Assembly: GCF_009914755.1 (NCBI RefSeq)
Contig: NC_060939.1
Source of the DNA: the human T2T-CHM13v2.0 reference genome, Homo sapiens
Strand: one strand, 5' to 3'
DNA: 64,000 nt
The position numbers and the translations under genes are program-made. The notes beneath the pieces were generated by a model. The model did no database searches and had not been told where the DNA came from. It saw only the letters and a program-made list of their open reading frames with translations. Shown here piece by piece: positions 29,983-48,441 of this stretch (positions are counted from its first letter, which is position 1; each line of letters begins with the position of its first letter).

Positions 29983-30194
29983 TGAGTGCATGTCACCGAA
30001 TGCCCTCAGCTGCTGCAGGTTGGAGCTGAGATTCTCCGCATGCTCCTGGGCCCCAGGCCTTCCCATTGGCACTCCAAACCCTTTTCTCTGGGCTGCCTTC
30101 ATTCTTCCTGTGTCCCTTGTCTGCCCACAGATTCTTTTGGTGGGCCTAAGGTGGGAGGAGACATGTGAAGTGCCAGACCCTATAACATGACATG

Positions 30195-30420
30195 GCATAA
30201 AGAGCCTCTGGGGTGGTTGGCTGCCTGGGTTCATATCTTTACCACTCACTGGTTATGGGCCCTTGGAAAAATTACCTAATCTCTGGGTGCCTCAACTTCT
30301 CCATCCAACAAATGGGGATAAATGTACCTATCTCATCGAGTTGCAAGGATTTCTGAATTAATAAATGTAGTGTGGTGAGAACCATTGCTGGTATGCCATA
30401 TATAAGCGGTAGCTATTAAT
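30195..30420 (+). mobile_element. MIR
   Basis: ctgcctgggttcatatc...ccttggaaaaattacctaatctctgggtgcctcaacttctccatcc. Confidence 0.7.
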
Positions 30421-30964
30421 ATTATAACTGTGTGAGGTCATTTAATTATCACACATTTATCATCTGTATCAAGTAGGTATTATTATCATTTTCAATTTAA
30501 GAGAAGGCAATAGAGTGCTATATTTAGACTGGAAAACTTTTTAAAAATATATAACTAAAATTGGATTGCCTCTGATTCCAAAAGTCATGCAAAGCAGAGT
30601 GGCCTAACTTCACAGCTATGGGACAATAGCATTCTAGGGCACAGATTCACTAGGTCCCACTCAATTCATACCTGCAGTGAGTACACTGAGCACTGGGTCA
30701 AGTGCTGGAAACCAGAATCCCTCTAGGCAAAAAGATGGTCTTTTGGCCTTAGCCTCCTCTCTGTTTGGTTTGGTATTCATTCAGGAATGGACCCACCTCC
30801 CCTTACTCTGCCAGTTTACGCCCCCAAGGAAAACAGGAAAGATCTGACAGCAACCTGTCACTCTTGCTTTCCAGGTCAAAAGTCACGGATCCAGCCTTCG
30901 CACTTGTTTTGACTCACTCAGAGCCTTAAACATATTTCAGTTAGTTACCATCAGTTAAAAATTG

Positions 30965-31272
<308 letters not shown>

Positions 31273-31284
31273 TTGAAGATTCTC

Positions 31285-31560
31285 CAATAAAACTCCAAAT
31301 TTCCACCTTCTCTTAAAAAAGGAGCTCTGCCAATATAAGCCTCCCTTCCACATGGCTGCCAGGGCTGGAGCTTAAGTAGCAGGTATGGGTTTTAGTTTGC
31401 CACAATCCTCACCACTCTGTTTCGTCTCTCTCATACTACAGCCATCAGTTAGCTGCCATTTATAACTATGCTTGCTGCTGCTGCTGGTTTCTGATAACCA
31501 CCTGCTTCACTCACATTGCTTGCTTGGTTCCTGTAGACATTTAGATTTGTGACTTGCTAT
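31285..31560. mobile_element. Possible MER102-like hAT remnant
   Basis: The terminal cctgtagacatttagatttgtgac resembles the MER102 TIR region. Confidence 0.4.
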
Positions 31561-32708
31561 TCTAGGAGTTTCCATCAAACATGTATTTTAAGTGTTTTAT
31601 TAATAGGTATGGAATAGAAAGTACTTTCCTCCTATTACATGAATTTTAGGCACCAACAAGCAAACCTGATGGTTAGTGTGGAATGTTCTAGGGAGCAGGG
31701 ACAAGAAAGGTCACCTGTCTCCTCTCTCCATCCTTACACAGGCTCCTCCAGATCTAAAAAGGTGCTTCAAGCTCTAGCAGGCCAGAATGAGAGATCTGCA
31801 AGGTGTGATGGACAGATGGATAAATGCCGATGCCCCCTTCATCAGTTCCTCTGTGGACCGAAGCTCCCTGCCTGGCCCATGGATCTTTTCAGACCAGGCT
31901 GCTCATTGAAGCTTTCCCTTCACCTTCTCCCATGTGCTGGCCTCATTTTAGCCTGACTTCTACTTCCTGAATCAACCCCATGCCTTCCAGATGTTGATTT
32001 TATGCTTTTGAGCACAGTGGACCTTATTTTATTCAGTATGTAATTATTTTTATCTGATATCTTGGAATACACCCCTAGGTCTTCTTTATGAATTGTACTC
32101 CATTTCTGAATATTATGACCAAAAAAAAAAAAAAATCATTAGTACTATGTGTTTTCTGCCAACGGAGGCACATTGTATGCTCTGTACGTGGATTAAATAA
32201 TTCCTGAAGCTTGATGCTCTACCTATTATGCGGGGATAAGAAAAACCCTAAGAAAAAGCCATAAATGGCAACTTCCTTTTGGAATCCTGAAGCCGTGTAA
32301 GTTCATCCTGATGGAAAGTTCAGCCCTGACAGTGCCTGGAGGCCGGCTGGCCCAGAGGCCAGAGCTGTTGCCACAACAATCTTTAAAAATAGATCACCTT
32401 TGAAAGCAGAGCAGATTTACCGTAAAGCCCAGTACAGATGCTCTGGGGCTCTTAACAGCTAACATTTGGATAGAGATTGGCTGTATTTAAGAATAAAAGA
32501 CTAGAAGAAGGCTAGAAGAAGGGGAGAGAAACCAAAGGACTCAGAGGAAAGCAGCAGAGTAGCATAGGGGCAGATGATCAGATAAAACAAGGAAGGCTCT
32601 GTGGCGGGCCTGTGTCGCGGCTCTGTCCACCTGTTAACCCATCTAGAAGGCAGCTCGTTTATAGACCCAGATGCCTGTGAGACAGGAAGAGAAAAGGATT
32701 CTTCTCAC

Positions 32709-32814
32709 CATGGTGCTCGTGTCTCCCTGAAGCGACAGCAGCATGGGCGACGATGTGTGCCGAGTCTGCTGCCTCCACTTGAGAGGGGCTTCTACTCAGG
32801 ATGATGAGATGTGC
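32709..32814 (-). CDS. TTC23: TTC23 internal coding exon (106 bp, phase 0->1): AHLIILSRSPSQVEAADSAHIVAHAAVASGRHEHH+G
   Basis: Translated by hand from the reverse complement: acceptor ggtgacag|GCA CAT CTC, donor CAC CAT G|gtgaga. It joins in frame between the flanking exons (G+AT = Asp). Its reading frame is not listed in the ORF track. Confidence 0.95.
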
Positions 32815-33209
32815 CTGTCACCACAGAAAGAAGAAACATGTTGTTTACATACTTGGCAGCAGCAGCAGGGAATTAACTGTCCTTGCAGAGATAAGCAGAA
32901 AGCCAAGGAACTTTCCAGCAAGCTAGAAGAAATGATTTATGTGGAAGTGAAATCAACTCGCAGGAAAGCTGGATTTTAAAAGGTCTGAGTGGTGGAGGGA
33001 ACACTGGACAATGAATCCAGATGGCTCAATGCTATGGCCAGGGCCTGTCACTAAGCAAATCATTAAACGTCTATGATCCTTTGAGTCCAGTGTCAGCAAA
33101 GGAAGGGGAGTTACAAGAAGTAAAGAGATGAATAGAAGGTGTCGATGCTGTGCAGACAGTGGGCAAGCCCAGTGCCCTGCCTACCCGCCAGCCCCAAAAG
33201 TGGGACCTA

Positions 33210-33664
<455 letters not shown>

Positions 33665-33988
33665 TTAAACAACAAACAAAAAACTATGATCTTCTGAACA
33701 TAAAATCACAATAGTCCTTTCAAATAACATGCAAAATACCTGCTTTCAAATAAAAAGTAACTACTCAACTCCCTGTCAGCATTTGGAGTTTTAAAATACT
33801 ATTAGTAACATGTTTACATTCATTCACACTTAGGATTGCCTACTATAGGAGAGGCATGGGCTAGAAAGTGTGTGCAGTACAAAAAATAAAATACGGTGAA
33901 GTAAGATAATACACTAATGTGAGTCAGTAGGTAGGTAGTTCACAATTAATTGCCAAAAGAGTGACAGAATACTAAAATGCCATGAGTA

Positions 33989-34307
<319 letters not shown>

Positions 34308-35543
34308 CTAGATTGGGATAGGCAAAACACACTAGCAATTCATAAGATGTAAGCTGCACTTTAATTCTTTTTTATTTGTGATACCAATTTTAATTTTCTT
34401 GATAATTGTTATCTTCATTTTATACATGAGAAAACTAAGATTGCTGAATGGGTGATTATGATATCTCACAGCTAATAAGAGATAGAGATAAGAGTCTGAC
34501 CCTGATCCTCTAACTTCAAATTCTGCTATCTCTATCATGTCCTGAGTGCTGCCATTCCCCCCACCCTAGCCAGTGGTGGGAGACATCACTAATTGATGCC
34601 AGCACACTCCTCAGGGAACCCTAATTCAGTCCTCAGGAGCTGTGATTCATCTATGGCAGCTGGCACAGGAGATCAAGTCATCCCAGTTGAGCATTCTAGT
34701 CTGGACCATGCAGTACTTCCTCCTCTTATGACCAGCCGAATGCATTTCTGAGACTATAATCAGAGCGGAGATAGAATCTTTGACTCTAGACTGTCACCTT
34801 ACTTGTCACATGTTAAAATCTGCTAAGCTACTAGCTCTGGACTTTTTATGTTGGGGCTACTCCAAAATAAGACTGCAGGTAATAATTTTTATTGCTGCAT
34901 TAGAATAGTCAGAATTTCTTATTCATAAGTGCCAACAATATCCTTTGCTTTAAAATGACTTTTCTTATTACAGAATATAAAGAATTGAATATGTGATTTT
35001 GGCAACCCCAAATTAGCCACTGTCCTTGATTTGGCATGAAAGGCCCAATCTTAAGGTCTGACTTAAATGTTTTCCAAATAACGGGCACTATGAAATTCAA
35101 CTTCATGTGTATATAGACAATAGCAGCCACAGGGATAGAGTCAAATTATTGCTTGTGTAGTGTTTGGAGAAAGGAAAAAAGAGGAAATACCCACACCCTC
35201 CGAAAAAATACCAAATGCAAATTGAGCCATGTTTACTTTGCTTTTCCCCTACTATCTCTACGATCTGTTATTTGGAGAGAACAATCACTGTGTAATGCCA
35301 GAAAAGCTTTAACTCATATGATGCAAAGACATATAGTATTTTAGATTAAAACCAAAACAAGAAAGATTTTATATTTTGTTTCTTCCTATTCAATATTATA
35401 AATTCAAGAAAATGTTAATAGATATGTGTCTAACAAAATTATTTTCAAATCAATAATTACATGTTCTGAAAACACTGTAAGTTGTTTTTTTGCCATGGAG
35501 ACAGAAAGCAAAGTTTTCCAAGAGCAAAATACACACAATATCA

Positions 35544-35872
<329 letters not shown>

Positions 35873-38609
35873 TTAAAGGGATCTGAATTTATCACAAAAT
35901 TTTCATGACTTAAACATTTTTCTACGTGAAATGCTAACATAAGCAAACATTTATTATTCATTATTCACTTCAGAAACTCAATCCCTAATGTAATTTATTT
36001 GATGTTCATGAAGCTTTTATAAACCATACGCTAGAGGGAAGGGGGTTTGACGGGGGAACACCCAGGATGTCTAAAATGTGCAAAATTAGCATCTCATTTA
36101 TTCAGTAAAATTCAATTTAATTCCATTTAATTTAATTCAGTCCTATTCAACTTATGTTCATTTTTAAATGCTTTCTACATGCCAGATATTGTGCTAACAC
36201 TAGAAATTCCCCTAAAAATTTAGGCAGGAATTTTAGTTTTAAAGGAGCTCACATGTGAACTACAAAAATGTAGGATAGTTTGTATTTTATGCAGATTTAC
36301 AGACACTGCCCCTCACTAGGTTTTTGCACCCAGCTAACTGACTTCCTATCTACCCTTACTCTTGTCATCATTTCCCAAGATTTCAGTATGCATGAGATTG
36401 GCCTGTACTCAATCAGGCAGGAAAGAGATGGCACATGTAAACAGGTTAATGGAGGAAAAGAGGTCAATAAAATGATCCCTGGCATGGAGGAAACCCAAGA
36501 TGAGCACGCTGGCTCCCAAGACAAGGTGCTGGGGGCATTTGCTATAACCAGAAAGAAGAATTGTAGGGAAATGAGCGGTGGGTTTCAGTAGAGACACGGC
36601 CTACCTGCCGGGACCTTGAGGGGAGGGGCTGGAGGAATGGATGCTCTGTCTCCATGTCTTCCCTGGTCCAGGCTGTGTATCTCTCAGTCTGAGGGAAAGG
36701 GCACTGAGATGGTAATTAAAGGTCAGCCTCTGGGGCACAGAGCAGGGCTGAGAAGGATGCACAGTGTAGCTGAAGGACCACACGGAAATGTCCAGCCAAC
36801 GACCTAGCCAACACCTTGGCCTCTCAGGTTTCTGACAAACTTACTTTCCTCCTTACTCTCAGGTGCCCAGTCCCTGGGTCACACTCCAGACCTCATCATC
36901 GCCCACTCTGTGTTACCACTGGATCCTCCAACTCACAGACCCATTTTGGCTCTTGGGGGGCCCTAGATCTATTGCCTCCATGCACATCTACTCCACCGCC
37001 CCCTGACATTCTCACTAGTCATCCAACCCTCCTGCTGTCCTTCCCTTCTTGTCCAGCTTAATGGGCACCGCCCATTGCCTGTGTTGAAAATGCCCTCCAC
37101 TGATGCATTAATTGAGATGGTAAAAAATGGGGAACCACCTAAATATCTATCAGCAGGGGAATGAACATATTGTGGTTTATTCTACAAGTTCTTGATTGAA
37201 CTCCATCTACATATGTTAACATGGTTATATTTCAAAAACATACCACTGAGTGAACGAAGCAACTTGTAAAAGGATGCAAACACCATGGCACCATTGATTT
37301 TCAAGTTTCTTTTCTGGAGCAGAAGAACCCAAACAAAACCTTCTGTGGTTCTCAATATACACAGCAGGAAAGAGCAGAACAGCCGCTCTCACAGAAGCAG
37401 GTGGAGGGGCCTGGAAGTCTGACTACCTGCTCCCAGCTAGCTGCCCCAGAAGAACCTCCATGGAACATGAGGGCTCAGGGTGACACAGATTGAGAACCAC
37501 AGCACATGCTGGGCAGTGAGGCTTCCTTAGGGAGTGAGTGCAAAGGACGTTGACAATGCTAGTGTTTAGACTACACTGTCTTTCCAAACTCAACCATTGT
37601 TCACAATTTTCAAACAATGCTTCATTTGCTGAGGGAATATAAATACCCTGTTACATGCATCTGAGAGCATTTAAGGACTAGGAATCACAGTTAACAGAAT
37701 TACAGGCATCCTGCTTGCCTCTCCTGGATTTCTGCAAGAGATCAAGTAATGGGCCTCGCTGGGGCTCCATAGTTTGACCACACTCACTCCTTCTCCTCAG
37801 GATTTATTAATCTCCCCAGGGCTTGCATTTCCCCTCATGTCTTTTGTTCTTTTCAGTATCTTATGGTTACATTTATCAACTGTCATCTTGAAGCTGAGGA
37901 GGAATGTTTAATATCTCCAAATCCCTTGGGGTGCTGGCATGTTGGACTGGGTTAAAAACAAAAAAAAACTTCTAATATTCCACATTGAACAAGGTCATTA
38001 ATTAAAAAAAAAAAAAACAAAACTCATCCACAAGACCAAGGACCTCAACCCCTGCCAAGGCACAGAGCAGCTGTTCCATCCTGGTGCCTTGTATGTATGT
38101 CTGGGGGAAACCACAGATTCCTCAGTGCCAATCAAGCTGTCGACAGACACAGCCAGAGCTGGCAGGCTTTTATCTAACTGGGCCTGTCCCCTTGGATTGG
38201 TAAAATGTGTAATATTTCCTAAAGAGAAAGCCTGATGACTAGTGAAAAGGATGAGAGACACTTCTATTTCTGCAGGCAGACCCCATCATCTGAACACTCA
38301 ACTTCAAACCCTGGAAGGAGTCTGAGTGTGGAATCCCAGCTCTTGGGGATGGGGTGGGTCTTGGGGGTTAGGGAAATATATTTTCCCCCCACTTTGTAAT
38401 AATTTGGGGTTCAGTGACAGAGCAAAATCTCTCCTACAGCAAAGTAGAGATTAAGTACACAAGAAGATCAAGGTACATTTGTGGACTTAGCCTGAATGTA
38501 TTTACTCTGGAGATGAGAACACTCAGCGAGGAGACAATAGAAGTCTTCAACTTAGTCACAGCCAGGATCTCTTTGTACAGCTGAGGGTGAGCACTGGAGG
38601 GACACAGGG

Positions 38610-38850
38610 AAGGAGGGAACTAACATCGATTAAGCACCTTCTTCTGCCAGGTGTGGTACTAAATGAATTTTACCACTTACCAGTTCACTCAGTCTCAAAA
38701 TGACCATTGAAAGTGATGTGAACAGCCCAATTTACAGAAGGGGAAATTAAGCCTCCAGGAGATGAGGTTGAAGGTCACATGGTGCGTCAGCAGCAGAACA
38801 GAGACTCAGACTAAGGCCTGTCATTCCAAACTGCATACTTTTCCAGTCTA
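38610..38850 (-). mobile_element. MIR
   Basis: attaagcaccttcttctgccaggtgtggtactaa...cccaatttacagaaggggaaattaagcc...aaggtcacatgg. Confidence 0.7.
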
Positions 38851-38879
38851 ACACTTGGTTATTGAGAGGGTAGAAGTTA

Positions 38880-39126
38880 CAGAAAGATGATTTTCTAATC
38901 AATGTAATGAAGAGATATTTAAGGGTCAGAGAAAGAGGCTGTCAAAGAGTAGACTCTGTCCAGAAATGGACTGGGCTGCCTAGAGGGAAGAGTGAGATGC
39001 TAACATGTGGATGCCTGAGCAGCTAGCTTCTAAACACTTTAGAGGGATGCCATAAAGGAGAGAAAAGCGGCAGATGGTGGATAGAGAAGATGTTATGGTG
39101 TCGTCGACCGAGAGTCTACGACTCTG
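38880..39126 (+). mobile_element. Possible L3/CR1 3' remnant
   Basis: ctgtccagaaatggactgggctgcctagaggg and the terminal gagagtctacgactct resemble the CR1 3' end (gattctatgattct). Confidence 0.45.
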
Positions 39127-39879
39127 CTTTGTTTCAAGTTTGTGCCTTAATTCAAAAGAAGTTCAAGTCCACTTGTCATTGGAGGTGTGAGCTTGCTGTT
39201 TCTTTTATAACTGACCAGCTGTGAAGCTGCATAGCTTGCCTTTTCACCCTGCCAAAACTGGTCATTTCACCCTTCAAATCTGAGCTAACACCCTTACGTA
39301 AGACAGGGTCACGTTGCAGCCCCGGGTTGCCATTTCCTTCCCTCTCCCATCTCTGCCCAGCAGGGAAGGCTTTCATGGCCACACACACCTTGGAGGCCTG
39401 GGGCAGCTGGTGAACCTTGGCTAAGAAAAAGACGGAGCTGGGAATCCCTGGGGGATTAGATGAACAGGAAGTCACTGGGAGCAGAGAGCATTGGAAAACT
39501 GAGTTCTGAGGGCCCTGGACTAAGCCAGTTTCTTTTAATAGTCAGAGAAAGTCCTCAGTGGCAGCTCTCCAGTTGTCAATTTTAGCTCCTCCAAAGAGCT
39601 GGGGAGAAAAAGCACTACTCTGTATAAGCATTAGCAACAAAATAGATACCTCAAGGGCTTATATTTTCTTCGTTTGGTTGCAAGTATGTGTTTTCTTAAA
39701 ACTTAATTAGATTTTTAAATGATAAGAGTATTACCTGCATAGAATCTTAAAAAATCTTAAGTGGTGGAAAAGAATAAACAATTGAAATTAAAAATACTCC
39801 TTCCCCCTTCTACCTGCCTTAACCTCTTTTTCTCCCCATTCCCAGGCTTACAGCTAATCAGTTTCCTGTATTGTTCCAG

Positions 39880-39882
<3 letters not shown>

Positions 39883-39945
<63 letters not shown>
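39883..39945. repeat. Compound microsatellite (TC)14(AC)17
   Basis: Counted directly. Confidence 0.97.
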
Positions 39946-39947
<2 letters not shown>

Positions 39948-40580
39948 ATCATAACCCAGCCACGTGCCGCTCTTAGCTTCATCTCCTATGACCCATACTG
40001 GGCTCCAGCCACAATGGCCAGACAGCTAAATTGCATTTCTTTAATTACGAGTGAGGCTGAGGATTATTTTTGTATGGTTATTGGTTATTTATGTTTCCTC
40101 TTCTGTAAATTGTATGTTCCTGTCTTGTGCATGTTTCTACTGAGTTGTCTTTTTTATCCAGATTTTTAAAGAACTCTTTCTATATTTTCTCCTCTTTGAC
40201 ATTTATGTTTTGACTTTATGATATATTATCACAGAGTAGTTTTTCATTTTTACTCTGTCAAATTTATCACTTTCTTCCTTTCTCTTTTTTTTCTCTTCTG
40301 TCTCCTAATGTATACTCATCTGTATATATGCAGAGAAAAATTGTTCAGCAAGTGTCAACACTGGCTATTTCTGGGCAAGGAGGTCTGAGGTGACTGGTGG
40401 CATATATTTGACCTTTCCTATATAGCTTGATTTTTAAAAAACAAAGAACATGTATCATTTTTTAAAAAAAGTAGTTATTACTTAAAAAAAAAAACCAGTA
40501 ATCTTCCCCTTTGTGGCACTTGGATTGATGTCATTCTTAGAAAATTTTTATAGTGAAACAATATGAAACAAAAAGTGAAA

Positions 40581-42810
<2,230 letters not shown>

Positions 42811-44239
42811 ACTGCATTCTACATCCTTCCTAATTCTAAACAAAAGGCTAGTATTAATATTTTCAGAGGTGTTTAAAATTAAAAATAGCATTTTCTGATT
42901 ATTTACAATAAATTGATTGCATATGTATAGCAAATGCACAGCAACTACTAAGAGCCAATAAGAAGCGCGACCATTAGCTGAGAACTCTGCACCTGCCAGG
43001 AGCCATGTGGGAGCACTGAGCAGCCATCACCCCAGGCCTGACCAAGGCCAGTAAGTTGTTGAGGCTGAGATCTAAAGCTAGATTTTCTGGCTCCAAAGCT
43101 GTCAGTAGAGCAACTGATGAATTTAATGATTTCATTACACTTTGCAAGTCAAAATACCCTAAATTTGGGAACTCTTGAGTGGCAGAGCTACCCTGGAAAC
43201 TGAAAAAGAGGGATATGCAATTCAAGTGAGAGATGGGAAAAAGCAACCCAAGCTAGCACTGTTATGGGTGTGTTAATTTATACACACCCATAAACATACT
43301 CTCACTCACATAAGTAGAACCCTGTGATTTTTCTTTTGGATAGGAAAATAAGGTTTTATTGCCAAAGTCTACCATCAGGAGTTTCAGAAACAATCACATT
43401 TGCATGGTTTTCTTCCGGACCCCTGCGGCAGAGGGAGGGATGAGGTAGATGACGGCTCTTTCAGCAGTCCCTGGAACTGCTGCCTTCCTTGTGTTGGCTC
43501 TCCAGGACTTGGTTTATTTTTCTTCATTTTAATGAGTTAATCACTAAAATGCTTTGGAACTTTTCTGTATTTTACAGGAAATAAAAGGTCTTTTCTCTCT
43601 GGGTATTTCTGTCACTCCAAAGGAATGAAGGGTGAAAAACAACGGGGAAAAATAACAAAACCTCTTTGTGTATACTTAATAGATGGCTTTTATACATGGG
43701 TCCCCTTTGAGGGCTGTGGCCTTACTGCACCTTTCTGTATCTTAGGTAAATCTCCTAAAGGAAAGAGAAGGATTGAAAAATGTTTAATAATTACTGTTAA
43801 GAAATAAAAGTAGCTTATACTGGCAGAAGGCCTAAGAGTTCACAAAGCACTTTCCATTTTGAACCTTTGAGTAGTTCTATGAAGTGCATGGAATATTTTG
43901 TAGGTTATTTTTTTAAGGAGCTAAATGACTTGCCTACAATCAAACAGCTGATAAACAGAATAGTCTGAACTCCAACCCAGATTTTTTGACTTCAAATTCA
44001 ATATTATTCTCATTTCACCAAGGTATTTCTTTAATAATCTGCAGTTAGTTTTAAAACACTCTCTAATCTTTTTTAACCTCAAGAGTAAACAACAGCAAAA
44101 ACCGCCTATCAAACTTTATAAGTATTATAAAAATGAGTGAATTCCACTATAACCTGGATACAGGGAAATCCTTCTAACTTAGGGCCACAGCAAAGGTTGG
44201 AAATTTGAACACATTTAGAAAACTTGTGTGGCAAAAAGC

Positions 44240-46160
44240 AGAAATAGCACTAATAAATGAGTTCAGCAAGGTTGCAGGATACAAGATAAACATAAAAAAT
44301 CATATATTTCTATACATGAATAATTAGAAAATGAAATTTTAAAAACTTCCATTTGTAATAGCATGAAAAATAATAAAATACTTAGGAATAAATTTACCCA
44401 AAGAAGTATAAAGATTATACTCTAAAAACTACAAAACATGGTTGAATGACATGAAAGAAGAGCTAAGTAAATAGATATCCCATGTTCAGTGATTGAAAGG
44501 CTTAATATTGTTAAGATGTCAATACTTCCCAAATTGAGATACAGATTCAATATAATCCCTACCAAAATCCTGGTTTGTTTTGTTTTGTTTTGTTTTTTGC
44601 AGAAATTGACAAGCTGATCCTAAAATTCACATAAAAATTCCAGGGATCCAGAATAGCCAAAAGAATCTTAAAAAAGAAGAACAAAAGTTAGAGATTCACA
44701 CTGATTTCAAATCTTACAACAAAACAACACTAATTAAGACAATGTGATACTGGTATAAGGATAAACATACAGATCAATGGAACAGAATTGAGAATCTAGA
44801 AATAAACCCTTATATTTATGGCCAATTTATTTTGACATGGGTCCCAAAATAATTTGATGGTGAAAGGATAGTCCTTTCAATAAATAGTGCTAGGACAATT
44901 GGATAGCCATATGCCCCTCTACCCCGCCAAAAAAGGAAGTTGGACCCCTATACCTCACACTGTATATAAAAATTAACTCAAAATGAATCAAAAACCCATG
45001 TGTAAGAGCTAAAAATTATAAAAACTCTTAGAAGAAAACTCAGATGTAAGCCTTCATGACCTTGGATTAGGGAATGATTTCTGAGATGTGATGCCAAAAG
45101 CACAAGCAAAAAAAAAAAAAAAAAAAAAAAACAAAAGAAACCCAACATAGACAAGTTGGACAATCAAAATGAAAAACTTTTGTGCTTCAAAGGACACATC
45201 AAGAAAGTCAAAAGACAACCTACAGATTGGGAAACACCTCACAGATAAGGCTCTAGTATCCAGTATCCAGAATATGTAAATAACTATTATCAGTCAACAA
45301 TAAAAAGACAAATAACCCTATTAAAAATGTGCAAAGATTTTCAATAGCCATTTCTCCCATGAAGATATATAAATGGCCAATAAGCCTATGAAAAGATGTG
45401 CTACATCATTAGTCATTAGGGAAATTCAAATAAAAAGCCACAATGAGATATCACTTCATACTTACTACAATGACTGAAATTAAAAAAGACAGATAGTAAG
45501 AAGTGTTGGTGAGGATGTGGAGATATTGGAACTTTCATAAATTGTTGGTGGGAATGTAAAATAGTGAGGCTGCTTTGGAAAATAGCATAGTAGTTCCTTG
45601 GAAAGTTAAATATAGAGTTACCATATGATTCAGCAATTCCACTTATAGCCTTATACCCAAGAGAAATAAAAACATATGTCTGTACAAAAAATTGTACATG
45701 AATGTTCACAGCAGTATTATTCATAATAGCCCAAAACTGGAAGCAACCCAAATGCCCATCTACTGATGAATGGATAAAAAAATGAGGTGAATCTGTATAA
45801 TGGAATATTATTCCACCATGAAAAGGAATGAAGAATTGATACATGCTAAACATGGATGAATCTTGAAGAAATTATGCTAAATGAAAGAAGTCAGACACAA
45901 AAGACCACATACTGTATGATTCTGTTTATATGGAATGTCTAGAATAGAAAAATCCATAGAGATAGAAAGTAAATTGGTGGTTGCCAGGAGATGGGGGAAG
46001 AGGGAGGAATGACTGCCAATGGGTATGGAATTTCTTGAAAATACTCTGGAATTAAATAGTGGTAATGGTTACAAAACTCTGTGAATATAATTAAACCACT
46101 ACATTGTACACTTTAAATGGGTAAATTTGTGGTATACAAATTTTCTCAAAAAACGCTATG
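44240..46160 (+). mobile_element. L1MB-like 3' portion (ORF2 end and 3' UTR)
   Basis: aatgagttcagcaaggttgcaggatacaagat; gaagcaacccaaatgcccatc; L1MB-type 3' end aagaccacatactgtatgattc. Confidence 0.88.
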
Positions 46161-47551
46161 AACAAAATTTTAAAAAATAAATTGGGTGAAGATATTTACA
46201 ACATATGTCATAAACAAAGGGGCAATATGTATAAGATATGAAGGATTTCTAGCAGTTAAGAAAACTGGACCAAAGCTTCATTTAAAAATGGTGAAATGAC
46301 AGGAATATTTCACAAAAAAGACAATTGACAAAAAATATATGAAAGTCACTTAAACATATGAAAAGATGTTCAACTCCTTTTTAAAAAATATAAATGCAAA
46401 TTAAAACTATCCTGAGACGTCATTTCTCATTCATTAGATTGGAATTAACTCAAAAGCTTGACAATGTACTTTGTTGAAACAGGTTGTGGGGAAACTGGCA
46501 CTATCATACATTGCTAATGGAAATACAAATGATACAAGCTTAATTAAAAGGCAATTTGGCAACGTAGTAGTAGAATTCCAATAAGACAAACTTACCAATT
46601 AAGTTTTGTAGTAAATAAAACTACCAATATATACTCCCTTCAACCTAGTGGTCCCATGCCTAGGAATTTTCTCTGAAGATACAACTCCAACAATAAAAAA
46701 AAATTTCAAAATATTGAAACCTGTTTAAATGCCCCAAAGTGGAAACTATTTGGAAAAAACCCATAGTACATACATAAAATGTATTATTATACATCTCTAC
46801 AAGTAAGGGAGATTTCTATGAACTGCTATAAAGTTCATAGTATGAAGGTTTCCAGATATACTGTTATGTGAAAAGAGCAAACATACTAATAACAAATAAA
46901 TAACTTGGTAGGGAAAAAGAGGGACATTCCTAACAGCAGAATGCCAACTGATAAGTGTGGATAAAATGGTAGAATGGAAAATAATTATTTTACAACCATC
47001 ACAGTTATGACTGGTTCAGGAAAGATTCATCAATAGATGTGTTAAACCCAGAGGGAAAATTTATGTGAGAAGCAAGATATTTACATAATCTTAAAATGTG
47101 TCTTTAAAGATGCTTATTAGCTGCAAGGGGAAAATAGTTACTATACAGTGAAGAAACTGTACACCACCAAGAATGGGTGATAAAAATTAGTATCACCAGA
47201 AAAGGACAGATGGATTTCATGTGCCTCTGAATGAAATATCACAAGAAGGTACAATATCCCTTTGTAGTATTCTAGCTCGGCATGCATCACTCATGAGGAA
47301 ACATTAGACAAACCCAAACTAAGGAACAGTTTATAAAACAGCTGACTTATATTCTTCAAAAATTTCAATGTCATAAGAGACAGACTGAGTGAGAAACTAT
47401 TCTAGATTAAAGAAGAGAAGAGCCATGACAACTAAATGTAATACATGATCCTGGAGTGGATCTTGCATTGGAGGAAAAAGAATTGCCATAAAGGACCTAA
47501 TTGGGACAATGGACAAAATGGAATATGACCAATGTTCAAAATTCCCTGAAA

Positions 47552-48100
<549 letters not shown>

Positions 48101-48441
48101 TCCTTGTTCTTATAAAACATACACTGAAGTATTCAGGGATAAAAAGACATGATATATTGAACATATCTTCAAATGATTAAAAAATATAAACAATTATCTC
48201 TGAGTATATGTGGCTGTATATATATGTGTGTATGTTTGTATGTATGTCTATATAGATAGAGAAAACAAATGTGGCAAAATACGTTACAATGGTGGTGAAT
48301 CAGGGTGCCACAAATGAAAGGCACTACATAACTCACTTCCCATTCCCAAAGTGCTAAGGACTCCTGAGAGTGACAAGACCTACATGCTGCATGCATATTT
48401 GAATTCCTTTGCTGATTCCTACTTTTAGACATTTATATGTC

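Noticed and set aside
39100-39122. CpG-dense imperfect hairpin gtcgtcgac-cgaga-gtctacgac
   Set aside because: Very short and probably part of a CR1/L3 3'-end remnant; no support for an RNA gene.
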